Of a stretch of 64,000 bases of DNA, positions 13,663-25,949 are shown piece by piece. The stretch's first letter is position 1. Each line of letters begins with the position of its first letter. The DNA is from Octopus sinensis (taxonomy: Eukaryota). The stretch is from assembly GCF_006345805.1 (NCBI RefSeq), contig NC_042997.1, forward strand, positions 100,378,001-100,442,000. Reading direction: 5' to 3'. The position numbers and the translations under genes were made by a program. A model generated the notes under the pieces. That model did not search any database. It saw only the letters and a program-made list of their open reading frames with translations, and was not told the DNA's origin.

Positions 13663-14328
13663 TGTTATAGGGAATTAGTAATAATGGTACACTCCTCCCA
13701 CGTGACAAGCAGTATGAGATGTCACTATAAATAGGAGAGTATGAGACAGTACGAGAGAGTACGTGGTCAGTCATAGTCGTGTCTTTACTAGTTTTACTAA
13801 GTATACTGTTTACTGAATTGGGCATTATAACAATCCAACATTATCAGGATTATAATGGTGGCAATGAGGATTTAAACAACTCATGAGGAATTAATAAACT
13901 TGATGAAGATAAACCCACTCACGTGGACTTAATAGAAACTTGAAGAAGAGTTAATAAACTCACAAAGTTTTGTTGTGTGAAGTTTATGAAAAAAGTCAAA
14001 AAATTATGGAAAATTTGTTGGCCAGTTTTCTTGAGTTGCAAAAACAGCAACAAAAGCTGAAAGAACACCAGCAGGAGCTACAACTGCAAGAACAACAGCT
14101 GAAGCAACAACAACATCACCAACAACAGTAGCAGATACAACTGTAAGAGCAACAACAGAAGCAATAACAACAACCAATAATATTACAGCAACAAATGCTG
14201 CAATTACTGAAGTCTTCAGGAAAGTAAGAAAAAGTGTTCACGACAGACTATGTCACAAACTCCATAACAGAATTCAAATACGAACCTGACAAAGGAGTTA
14301 CCTTGAAGCATACTGCAGAGAATACAAG

Positions 14329-14330
<2 letters not shown>
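13663..14330 (+). mobile_element. Gypsy-type LTR plus PBS plus gag 5' remnant
   Basis: TGTTATA at 13663 and TATAACA at 13826-13832 (LTR may extend to about 13855); internal TATAAATA; PBS-like TGGTGGCA at about 13856; Gln-rich degenerate ORF MENLLASFLELQKQQQ... ending FTTDYVTNSITEFKYEPDKGVT, typical of K02A2.6-like gag. Confidence 0.72.
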
Positions 14331-14392
<62 letters not shown>

Positions 14393-14424
14393 TACATATA
14401 TACATACATACATATATATATCAT

Positions 14425-15845
14425 CATCATCATTATCATCATCACCACCATTGTTTAACGTCCATTTTCCATGCTAGCATGGGTTGGATGGTTTGACTGG
14501 GGTCTGGGAAGCCAGGAAGCTGCACCAGGCTCCAGTCTGATCTAGCAGTGCTTCTATAGCTGGATGCCCTTCCTAATGCCAACCACTCTGTGAGTGAAGT
14601 GGGTGCTTTTTACATACCACCGGCACAGGGGCCAGAGGACGCTGGCAATGGCTATGATTGGTTGGTTCTTTTTACGTGCCACCGGCACGGAAGCCAGTCG
14701 AGGCAGTGCTGGCATCAGCCATGTTCGGATGGTGCTTTTTATGTGCCACCGGCATGGGTATCACAACTACATTTGATATTGATGTACTTGACTCAATAGG
14801 TCTCCTCAAGCACAGCAGGTTGCTCTATGATCCAAGGTAAGCACAGCAGGTTGCCCTACGATCCATGGTACTTTTGAATGGGCTGGGGCTGGTTGTGTGA
14901 AGCTGGTGTAGGATACAGCCATGAACTCACTTTATTTGTTGGGTCTTTGCAGTCACAGCATATCTCCAGAGGTCTCGGCCTTTCGTCATTGCCTCTGTGA
15001 GGCCCAACATTCGAAGGTCATACTTGACCACCTCATCCCATGTCTTCCTGGGTCTACCTTTACCCTGGATTCCTTCAACTGTTTGGGAGTGGTACTTCTT
15101 CACATATCTCTCCTCATCCACCTGTAGTACATGACCATTCCAGCACAAACGTCTCTCTTGCACGCCACATCTGATGTTTCTGATGTCCAACATTTATCTC
15201 AGGGTGCTTATACTCTGTTGTGTGTGCACACTGACATTACACATCCAGCGGATCATGCTAGCTTCTAGTTTCTCCTCCTGGAGTGTGATGGAACCTGTTT
15301 TCTGAGCATCTGTGGTGTTTATTGCCTCTGTGCATCTGTCACACATGAAAGCTATCTTCTCGGTTATTCTTTCTTTGATGTTGCTGCACTACTTATGTGT
15401 CCATAGCTTACACTTGGTACATCTTATGGAGTTTCTACACCTATACCTTTTCTACAGATTGAGCAGGCGGTGTGTGATGTGTTCGCCTTCCTACTTACTA
15501 GAACTTCGGTCTTTGCTACATTGATTCTAAACCTTGCTTCCACACCCAAAATTTCTTTTCTAGTTCCAGTAGTGATTCTGCTATGATCGCCAGGTCATCA
15601 GCATAGAGGAGCTCCCAGGAGCAACCCGTTTTGAATTCCTCTGTTGTTGCCTGGAGGACTATAGTGAATAAAAGGGAACAGAAGGCTGAACCTTGGTGGA
15701 ACCCTACTTCTACCCAGATTTCTTCACTATACTTGTTGCCAGTCCTAACCTTACTAAAGGCCTCTCTGTATAGGGCCTGTACAGCCCTTATTAACCATTT
15801 GTCAGTTTCCAGTTTCCGCATCGCCCACCAGATAAGGATCAAAGG
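14425..15845 (-). mobile_element. 5'-truncated RTE-type LINE (RT C-terminus plus 3' UTR and (ATG)n tail)
   Basis: GFHQGSAFCSLLF...WELLYADDLAII, then ERRLCWNGHVLQV...GKGRPRKTWDEVV; UTR ends GGACGTTAAACAATG plus an ATG-type repeat. Confidence 0.9.
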
Positions 15846-16011
15846 CTAAATCCAGGCTACATAGGTTTCCTAGCTTACAGATCCTCTATTGAAATAATTA
15901 CTCATTGAAGGGTACTCTGCTATCTACTCATCGGGTCAATGATACCTTAACTATATGAAGGTTACATTGTTGTTAAGGAATCCCAAGTTAACTTGCTGAA
16001 GACATATTTCA

Positions 16012-16068
<57 letters not shown>

Positions 16069-16187
16069 TGTATGTATGTATGTATGTATGTATGTATGTA
16101 TGTATGTATGTATGTATGTATGTATGTATGTATGTATGTATGTATGTATGTATGTATGTATGGTATGTATGTATGTATGTATGTATG

Positions 16188-16218
<31 letters not shown>

Positions 16219-16500
16219 TGTATGTATGTATGTATGTATGTAATGTATGTATGTATGTATGTATGTATGTATGTATGGTATGTATGTATGTATGTATGTA
16301 TGTATGTATGTATGTATGTATGTATGTATTTATGTATGTATGTATGTATGTATGTATGTATGTATGTATGTATGTATGTATGTATGTTATGTATGTATGT
16401 ATGTATGTATGTATGTATGTATGTATGTATGTATGTATGTATGTATGTATGTATGTATGTATGTATGTGTGCATGTGTGTGTGCGTGTGTTTGTGCATGC
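16012..16500. repeat. (TATG)n microsatellite, about 450 bp
   Basis: Near-perfect GTAT repeat with 7 small interruptions; source of the YIHT/VCMY ORFs. Confidence 0.98.
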
Positions 16501-18176
16501 ATGCATGTATGTATGTATATTTATATATCTATACATACATATATATATATCTTTTGGGTGAAAAAATTTTTGTTACAATTGTTATTGATATTTTGTTGTT
16601 TTTTGTTGTTTGTTTCTTCTCAAGCCATACATGGCTCATAACGGCTTGTTTCCTGGTTTCATTAGTGTATAGGTTCCCCACCTGGACAAGACACCAATCT
16701 GTCGAAAGTGAGCAACTAGATGCAAGAGGAAAGAGCGAGAGAAAGTTGTGGCAAAGGAGTCAGCAGAAGTTCATCATTACCTTCTGCCAAAGCCATATGG
16801 AGCTTAGGTGTTTCACTCCATAAACACACACATCACTCAGTCTGAGATTTGAATCCACAATTCCCGGACTGTGAGTCTGATGCTGTAACCACTAGGCCAT
16901 GTGCCTCCACTATTGATATTTTATAGCAAGCAAAATCGTGTGATTAATATTGTGTCTGTTTCTCATTTGTTATTATTCTATTTGAAATGTTTTGATCTTT
17001 GATGTCAAGATTTTTTCAGCAATCAGCAAATATTTTAGCTTTGGCTTTAGTGTTACTTTGTTATTAGAGTAAAGCTATCTATTGAGTTTTTGTTATGTTT
17101 TGGTATTAATTATAGGTTCTAGTTACAGGAAAGTTCCACATGAAATGGCTGCATTAACAACCAATGATTTTTTATATATTTTATTTCTGTGATATAAATG
17201 AGTAGCAATGGTTCCTTATATATGTATGCTTAGTCAGTGAGAAAGTGTAGTACTTGTGTCTCTGTTGCAACATTTTTCATAAGAACTTTTAAATAATACT
17301 ATTTTCCATGTTTGCATGCTTTTTGCTTTCAGGCTTTCCTCTTCATTCCTAATTCATTGAATACAATCCTATATTACATATTTTACATCAAAAACTGATT
17401 ATCATATAATTGCCTATAATTACAGATTTATCTATCAGTGATTTAACTCATTGTTTTGAACACATTCCCCATGCACCAATCTTTACGATTAATAAAAAAT
17501 TTCATCAACTTTTAACTACATGAATACACTTGTGTATTATGACAGTAAAATAGAATATTTATCACTTTGCATGTGTATCTCATATAGCTAAGAATATCCC
17601 ACAAAAATACGTGTCTGACTAAAAATATGATGCTATTTGTAACTTCTTTAAATTTCATATTATCTTAACTTAGGGTAGTACATCACGTAAAGGCACATGG
17701 CTCAGTGGTTGGAATGTTGGGCTCACAATCATGAGTTTGATCCCCAGGCTGGACTGTGAGTTTTGTTCTTGAGTAAGACACTTTATTTCACATTACTCCA
17801 ATTCACTCAGCTGTAGAAATGAGTTGTGATGTTACTGGTATCCAAGCTGTATTGACCTTTACCATTCCCTTGGATAACATTGGTGACATGGAGAGGGGAG
17901 GCTGGTACGCATTGGTGACTGCTGGTCTTCCATAAACAACTTTGCCCAGACTTATGCCTTGGAGAGTAACTTTCTAGGTGCAATCCCATGGTCATTCATG
18001 ACTGAAGGGGGTCTTTACCCTTTACCCTATGTACATATAATGGCATAGAAAGGGGAGGCAGGTATGCATGGACAACTGCCGGTCTTCCATAAACAACCTT
18101 GCCCAGACTTGTCCCATGCTCATTCATCACTGAAGGGGTCTTTACCCTAGTATATCACAAATTTGTTTTATAATTA

Positions 18177-18572
18177 ACTAGCAGTATCGCATGGCATTAC
18201 TCAGGTTTGTTTCAACCCTTTAGAATTGGAATTTTTGAAAAGTAAAAATTTTGCATTATGTAGCTTGTTATTCTCTTTAAGTGAACATTTTTCTGGTTGA
18301 AATAAACTGTAAAATGGCGACACAGCAGTAAAAAAAATCGTAAAAAATAAGGATTTTCATAGAAAAAAAAGCACCTTTTTTATGTAAATAATTTTTGGTC
18401 TTAACATGGACCGATTTGAATTTTTTCTTCTACAGAAGGAAGAGCAAGCCTCCTTCTATCATACTCTCAATTTTGGTCAACTTGTGCCACAGGGTCTCGG
18501 AGGAGATAGTGTTAGTTGAAGGCTACCAAACTTGCCATACACAGACAACTTCAGCTTTATATATAGAGAGAT
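18177..18572 (+). mobile_element. Non-autonomous Helitron-like element
   Basis: Starts ACTAGCAGTATCGCATGGCATTACTCAGG (degenerate 5' hairpin), ends CAGCTTTATATATAGAGAGAT; resembles Lep1-type non-autonomous Helitron ends. Confidence 0.55.
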
Positions 18573-18749
18573 TAAAGTTAAGACTAATATAATCCAAGAA
18601 GATACCATTATTTTCCTATCAAATGCATATTCTATTAGCATTAAAATAAAGGGAAAGAAATTATCACATTTTCCAGCAGTTACTTAATAGAGGGTGTCAC
18701 TCTTGAAAAGTTAAAAGTATGAATTACTATTAATTTCTACATGTGTTTT

Positions 18750-19720
18750 AATTGATGTTGGAAATGATAATCATGATGCTTATACATTTGATTTAAAGAA
18801 TGATTTGGAGAAAAAGAAGGTAACCACGTGATTTTATCTACCTTGTTAAATAATTTTCCATTCAAGTAATTTTGAAAGGACCTAAACAATGTCAGATGGT
18901 GCAATGTTGGAAAACTATAGTGGATGCAGTAAGAGATACCATCCAAACTTATGCAACTTTGTGCAGGTAGCTAAGGACATATGAGGTCTGGCATTGTCTT
19001 TTTGGAACACACCTTTCTTGTTGGCTAGTTCTGGTGAATTTTTTTAATTCAGTTTCTCTACCTGGCAGTAATACACATTGAAACTGATAGTCTGGTTGTG
19101 TAGGAATAGCTCATAAAAACATAATGCCTTTGAAATCCCACCAGACACAAAGCATAACTTTGCACGAACATTGGTAACTCTTGCTTTAGTAACTCATATG
19201 TTACTCTTGCTTTAGTAACTCATATGTTATGTTATCATAAACAATCTAATTTTCCTTTCCAGTCACCAATTGCTCCAAAGAAAAGAAAAAAAAACAGGTC
19301 AATTTTATTGTTTTAAGGGTATGCAGCAGATAAAATACAGATCCATACAGTTTTTCTCTGACAAGTTGTGAGAGGCCTGCACATCATAGTGGGGAATGTA
19401 CCCAAGTTCACGAAATGTTTATAAACAGTATTTTGTGGAACTTCCAACATCTCTTTGAGGTCTCAAGTCTTGATTTTTGAGCTGGTTTCAATTTTTACCT
19501 TCAAAAAGACCTTTGTGCAATTCTGAAAAGTAACATGCATCTTCTAAGCTCAAATACCCATGTTTGAATCTTACAAACCATCTCCAAATGGTTGATTCAC
19601 CTATAGTACCTTCACTACAGACTTCACAAATGATTTTATATGTTTCTATTGCATTTTCACCATTTTTTATAAAATAAAAGCTTATCATGCTGAAAATGCA
19701 ACTTTTTGTTATCGCTGCTG
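18750..19720 (-). mobile_element. Degenerate mariner transposase remnant
   Basis: N-terminal HTH (GENAIETYKIICEV...WRWFVRFK), then KVMLCVWWDFKG, KDNARPHM and LFRSFQNYLNGK in shifting frames. Confidence 0.82.
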
Positions 19721-21864
19721 ACTGTGATAAAGATTAACAAAAAGAAGAAATGTGCTGATTTTTGTTTGAGATGTAACCTTTTGGTTATCACACTGTCAGT
19801 ATATCAATCATACCAACATCATAGCTGTTATATGAAACATTTAAAGGCATAACTGTTGAAATCACTCAGAGCCTCCCACACAACCCAGAGCATTGGGTGC
19901 TATTAAACTGGGTGACATGGCAATATTAAAGTAGGTGACAGATGAAATATACCACCCAGTTTCAAATAGCATTATCTATTTTAATAGATGAATATTAGTC
20001 AATCCAGTTATTTAAATGCTGTACATTAGAGATTTACATGCATTTAATTAGACATTTCATTACTTATGTTCATACTGATGTAGTGATGAGAAGATAAATT
20101 ACCGTGACTCAGGAATAGGAATATACATAATTAATAATGAATTACAATGCTCCTTTACATGCATAAACAGTTAAAAGATACAATTAATCTATTTTGTATA
20201 TTACAGAGCAAATGAAACATCATAGTGAATATATTTTCATCTTAATAAATATAATATTCAATATAAACTAATTATTTCATACATAAAATAGCTGTGATAT
20301 TGCAAAAGAAAAAAAAATGTAAACCATCCTGCAAACAAGTCTTATTGATTAATATCTCATCTTAATTATAGAGTATGCCTGTATTTAGAATTAATAATAT
20401 ATTGCAATTGTTTGTATGCTTAAAAACAACAGTGGGGCTCAGTGATCATTTTCCATGCTATAAAATGTGAAATGCATTCTAAGATATATTACATGACAGT
20501 AGCATAGCACTGGTCAGTATCACATTGCAAATAACAACTAGATTGCAATTATAGGGAAGTAGTGTAGTAGAAGAACTACATAATTGATGCCTCCTTAGGT
20601 TTCAGAACAGCCTTTAAGCCCTAAAGCCACAAAACATTTAATAAGTTGCAACAAAAAATGGACAGTAGTCATTTCATGTAAATTCAATAAGATTCATATG
20701 TGGTAGTTAGTGCTAGAATGCTTAAATTTTAAAAGGTTAAAATTGTTTTATTTATATATCATTTAGCACGTGAAATACTCATAATCTTTTAAGACTTTTG
20801 GTATTGGTATAGGTATGGTTGAGTAGAGTTAGTGCATTTAGTACATTCATTTTGAATTATCATAGATAAATAATTGATAGGAAAACATCAGTGAGGAGAG
20901 AATTCCAGAAAAAAGATTGGGACAAAATTCAAAATCAGGAAAGTGAGGTACAATAGAGTTTAAGTAGCAAAGGGGTACAGTACAGTAATGAGTGGAGTTA
21001 GGAGGAAGCAGTAGAGTCAGGAAATTCAGAGGAACAAACCTGTTTTAGTAACAGAGGCAAAGGAGATATATCTTGACATTGAGCCAGTTGTTGGAAAATA
21101 TTGGCATGGACTTATTTATCAGTGAGACCATTTTTTAAAAATGCAATCTAGGGTGTGTGTTGTTGTATGTGGATGGTAGGTACACTCTAAGTGTGAGAGA
21201 AGTTCTCTAGTAGAAGATGTGTTTGAATTTTGTCAAATATCGGCAGCTATACAGTAACGAAAGATATTCTACTTGTGAGGAGGAAACCAAGGTTTTATGT
21301 AAAAGTTTGTGAAAACAGTTTTGCATATTTTGTTGCTATCATATTTGATTATCATGATGTTCAACTGATAGTTATTTTATAGACCCAACAAGGATGAAAG
21401 ACAAAGCCAACTTTATCAAGATTTGAACCCAGAACATAAAGAGCCAGAAGAAATAAAGCAAAGCATTTTGTCTGGCGATGATTCTACCAACTTGCTGCTT
21501 TAGAGACACCTATCACATTGGTTTCAAAGTTTGGTACAATTACATCCACTCTAGTGCTCAATTGGTATTTATTTTATCAACCCCAAAAGAATGGATGGCA
21601 AAGTTGACCTCAGTAGCATTTGAACTCAAAACATAAAGATGGATAAACTGCAGCTAAGCATTTTGCCTGGTTTGCTGATGACGCTGACAGTTTGCCACCC
21701 TAGAAACAACTATCTTGTTAACAATATTTTAGTAGACTCAGCTAAATTTCCTTCAGCTGTTCCAGGTAATATTTTAAAACATTCATATTGATAAAACAGC
21801 TTGAATCTTGTTTATGTTTTGATCAATTTTGAAGTATGTTTTATTTCATGGAATGCACATGTCC

Positions 21865-22050
21865 AGTAAGTTCACCATCATCAATTTACCGTGGGAAAAG
21901 TTTACTGTCATCAACTCACCATTGTTTTTTTTTTGTTTTTTTTGCAATAAAATACTTTTTAACTATTAACGGTGAAATACTATGGATATATTTTCTTGGT
22001 AAACTTTCCTTGGAGTGAACTTGGAGTGAATTGATGGTGGTGAACTTACT
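21865..22050. mobile_element. Small inverted-repeat element (unclassified MITE)
   Basis: AGTAAGTTCACCATCATCAATT at left and AATTGATGGTGGTGAACTTACT at right (1 mismatch in 22 bp), plus inner GGAAAAGTTTAC / GTAAACTTTCC; no TSD found. Confidence 0.65.
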
Positions 22051-22475
22051 TGTAATCTGAAACGCATGCTAAGAAAACTGCAAGTCTACTTGTTTAAATC
22101 TCAGGCATATTTACAAACATGCTAATACATTTACATTCATAATCTATTAAGTTAGAAACAAAGTACTGATACATTTGAAGATGAGAAAGAAACAAATGCT
22201 TCTTTGGCCTTAATTGATATATTTCCTCTCATAGGTATATATTCTCTCATTAGATATATTTCCTGGCTACTTGTTATTATTAAGCAAGTAGTAGTCAGAC
22301 AATACTAACCACTATATATATATATATACATATATAGTGAGAAGTTGAGGTTGTAATAGATAATGGTGTCATTGAGACCCAAAGGTGTCAGGTAATGCTG
22401 AATAAGTTCTATAGACAGACCATAGTTAAGTTCCAGATTCGGTAATATTGCGAATATACATATTCCTCTCTCACC

Positions 22476-22530
22476 GTCTCCGATGAAGGGATATCATTAT
22501 TAATTAATATTTTAGAAACAGCTGTAAGAC
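22476..22530 (+). ncRNA. Candidate minimal type-I hammerhead ribozyme
   Basis: GTCT-CCGATGA-stem II-GAAA-C(AGCT)G-TA-AGAC: 4-bp stem I, palindromic stem III loop, core variant U4C, stem II with G.U pairs. Confidence 0.5.
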
Positions 22531-22599
22531 CTTCTATATATAAATGCTCTAATATCTACACAGCCTTGGTTTTTTTTATCTCATTACGAAAAAAATTCA

Positions 22600-22651
<52 letters not shown>

Positions 22652-23416
22652 TGTGTGTGTGTATAGTGGTGGTACTCCAGCATGGTCACAACCTTAGGGC
22701 TGAAGCATAAAGAAAGAATAAAAGAAACATTACAAGGAAAGTTTACAGTTTGTGTGGGGGTTTACATAAAAGATGAAGTGGTGAGAAAAGAAGGAAACTA
22801 GATAAAAGTATATACAGTGTTCAGAATACGTAAACACATGTTGCAGTCCTCCTGATACAAGGGAACCTTTAAATAGGATCAATCAAGGAACATCACAGAT
22901 CCAGGATTGCCCTGACCCCCACCCAGCTGTCATTCTCCAACCTACAGACACATAATCATGACATTTATTTTTAAATCCTGTACAAATTCACAAGGAAGGG
23001 ATATTCAATTATAAGCAAAGGAAGCAAAGTGGCCGGGTTCCTTTCAAGCGTTGGGCCTCACAGAGGCAATGACTGAGACCTTTGGTATTATGCTGTGCTT
23101 GAGAAGAAGACCCATCAAGCTGAGCAAAATCGTAGTCATGGACAGATAATGGTGTCATACAAATGGCGCCTGTGCCGGTGGCACATAAAAGCACCCATTA
23201 CACTCTTGGAATGGTTCATGTTAAGAAGGGCATCCAGCCATAGAAAATCATACCAAAAAAATACTGGAGTCTGGTGCAGCCTTCCAGCTTGCCAGCCCTG
23301 GTCAAACTGTCCAACCTATGCTAGCATGGACAATGGATGCTAAATGATGATGATGATGATGATGTATGTATGTATGCATACATGCATGCATGCATGTTGA
23401 TAACAATATTCAAATA

Positions 23417-24075
23417 GGATCTTTACCTTTTGACCTACAAATTTAAAAAATAAATTTTTGTAACTAAACACTTTCAAACTTCGGACACTGGTAGAATGTG
23501 TCATATAAAACATCTTTTACTCTTAGCATTTTTTAGAAAAACTTATATTTACAAAGTTATTTCATGTTAAAGTTCTCATATTTCAGTAAATTCAACCAAT
23601 CAATGACATGTATTCAGCTGAATGAAATTACTGCTGTTGTTTGTCAACAAGAACTTCCAGTGGTGTATATTTTGTTTGTCACTGTTATTTATGACAACCC
23701 TAACCCTAACCCTAAAACCTTAACCCTAAAATCCTAACCCTAAAACCCTAACCCTAACCCTAAAACCTTAAGAGCAGTACAAACGCACGAATGATGTCAT
23801 AAATAACAGTGACAAACGAAAAATACACCACCGACAGTTGTTGTTGACAAACAACAGCAGTAATTTTATTCAGCTGAATATACATCATTGATTGGTTGAA
23901 ATTATAGAAATATGAGAACTTTAACGTGAAATAACTTAGTAAATATAAGTTTTTCTCAAAAATGCTAAGGGTAAAAGATGTTTTATATGACACATTCTAC
24001 CAGTGTCCAAAGTTTGAAAGTGTTTAGTTACAAAAAATTATTTTTTAAATCTGTAAGTCAAATGGTAAAAGATCC
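23417..24075. mobile_element. Foldback/MITE element, 659 bp, with about 280-bp inverted arms and an 8-bp TSD
   Basis: Arms 23417-23696 and 23795-24075 are near-perfect reverse complements (GGATC...GATCC termini); TTCAAATA lies immediately on both sides (23409-23416 and 24076-24083). Confidence 0.9.
23697..23770 (+). repeat. Interstitial telomere-like (CCCTAA)n / CCTAAAA array
   Basis: accctaaccctaaccctaaaaccttaaccctaaaatcctaaccctaaaaccctaaccctaaccctaaaacctta. Confidence 0.9.
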
Positions 24076-24458
24076 TTCAAATATAGTATATTAATTATTT
24101 TGATTGTTAAAATTCTTTTAAGAAATGCTGATGCTGAGATTTGAAAGACTGGTTTAGCAAATTCCTGCCTTTTGTTAGATAAAATGGAAAACGGAAAAAT
24201 ATAACTCAAGAATATTAGATAAAAATATGAATTTATTAAACAATGATTGAACAAGCCAACTATATTTGCAAAGGAAGACTCAGAAGTCTGGTATAAACAG
24301 AAGTTGCAAAGCAAATTTACTTTATATATGGAAATGAAGTGACATTCTTTAAATAAGATATGTTAGTTTGTGACAATCAGTTGCCAAAGTGTTCATGTCT
24401 TTATACATAGAAAGGACACAACAAATGATGTTTTATTTACATCATATGAATTTTACAG

Positions 24459-24611
24459 TCAGGAAGATGGATCATTTACACAGAAGAAACAGAAAAAGAA
24501 AAAAATTCTGCAGCAATCCTTTATGCTCCTCATATAGCAGCTAATGGGAGAACAGTATTCTGGCAGCCATTTTGGATATACAAAGCAGAATTCAAAGAAT
24601 CTCTCTCTTAA
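24459..24611 (+). CDS. Candidate terminal coding exon of an unidentified plus-strand gene
   Basis: Acceptor aattttacag, then 50 open codons SGRWIIYTEETEKEKNSAAILYAPHIAANGRTVFWQPFWIYKAEFKESLS* in non-repeat DNA, followed by T-rich UTR-like sequence. No family recognised. Confidence 0.35.
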   Translation, partial: SGRWIIYTEETEKEKNSAAILYAPHIAANGRTVFWQPFWIYKAEFKESLS

Positions 24612-25949
24612 CGCTTTTTACCTCACTTTGACAAAATGGTTGCAACTTTGCTACTCTTACCAGTAAACTTAACAAAAGCCGTAGAAGCAGAAAAGGCTGT
24701 TTGTCCAATCACACTTCCCCTATCTTAAATTACAAGACATGTTTATGCTGGACAAGAAATTAATTTACTGTATCTTATTTCCTGCCAGTTTTCTATCTCA
24801 AGAATGTTAATTTTCTCTCCTTTTTTTTTTTAAACCCCAGTGCTCTCACCATGTGTGAAAGTGCTAGAGTTAAAAGGCCAACCTTTGACAGAATAACATA
24901 GAACACTATTTTCTGTGGCACATACATCACACCATTAACTTTATTAACTTTGCAAACAGGTATTTCCGGTAACACATTTCATTCAAACTTTATTTTATTA
25001 ATATCCTATTTTGGAAGAACATGTACTGTTTGGCTACTTTAAATTAAAGTACCACTTAAGATGGAAGAGGTTTGCATCCTGGAGACATGTGGGGAATGAA
25101 GAAAAATTAAAATTAAGCTTTTTTCCCCTTGATCTCAGTCATTCTTTAGTATGTGTCTTCTAAAAAGTGAACCTGATACACATTATATTCTTGTGTAGAT
25201 TCATAACAACTTGTTTGTTTCTCATCATACATTTGGGTAGCTCTTCATGGTAGTTATAACGGTTTTATATCTTTCATAAAAGCTGTTTGCTGATTGGTTA
25301 TCTAATTCTTTTTTTTTTTGTGCTTGTACAGAGAAAAGCAAGCTTTGAAAATAATTCCTCTTCAAAGTGACAAAAAAATTATTTTTATACAATTTATTTA
25401 TATTTAGTTTTTCATATTTCTTGTATATCTACAGACAGGCTTTTCTGCATGTTTGTGTTTTATTAGTATAGAGCAACAAATAGTCAATTCACTATGTTAT
25501 TACAAGAATGCAAATTGCTGCCACCAGTCTAAATCACATAGAGACAGACCAAGTAATAGAGAGAAAGTTATGTTGTGTTATAATTACATAGATAACTGGA
25601 TAAAATAAAAGGAAACTTTACTAGTGGTTTACTAATCAGGAAGCCATTATCAGAAACTGATTTGCACAGAATATTTTAAAATATGATTGGTTAAATAAAA
25701 CACTAAGTAACAAATAATTTTAGAATTGAAGAGAAATAACTCAATACATTACATCTCCCATCTTAATATGTAGGACAAATTATTTCATATATGAATAATC
25801 ACAGGGGTAGACTACCTTCATGTTCTTATGGTATTATTCTGACCAGTATGAGAACTTAGTAGGTTCTTTATTGTAATGGTTTGCAGATTACTCAACTACT
25901 TTTGTTTACAGTCTTGCCAGCTTCTAGAGGAGACTCATTTGGAGTAGGC

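Noticed and set aside
15951-16823. Long ORFs of 100-276 aa (YIHT / VCMY repeats)
   Set aside because: They are translations of the (TATG)n microsatellite, with no stop codons only because of the repeat unit.
21757-21765. Possible 9-nt plus-strand microexon (ttccttcag|CTGTTCCAG|gtaata)
   Set aside because: Signals of this strength arise by chance and there is no gene model to place it in; needs junction reads.
22044-22070. Minus-strand tttcag|ATTACAA|gtaagt mini-exon pattern
   Set aside because: The donor is part of the inverted terminal repeat of the 21865-22050 element.
24640-24730. Minus-strand peptide GSVIGQTAFSASTAFVKFTGKSSKVATILSK*
   Set aside because: No good acceptor and no upstream exons found between it and the CAPN7 end.
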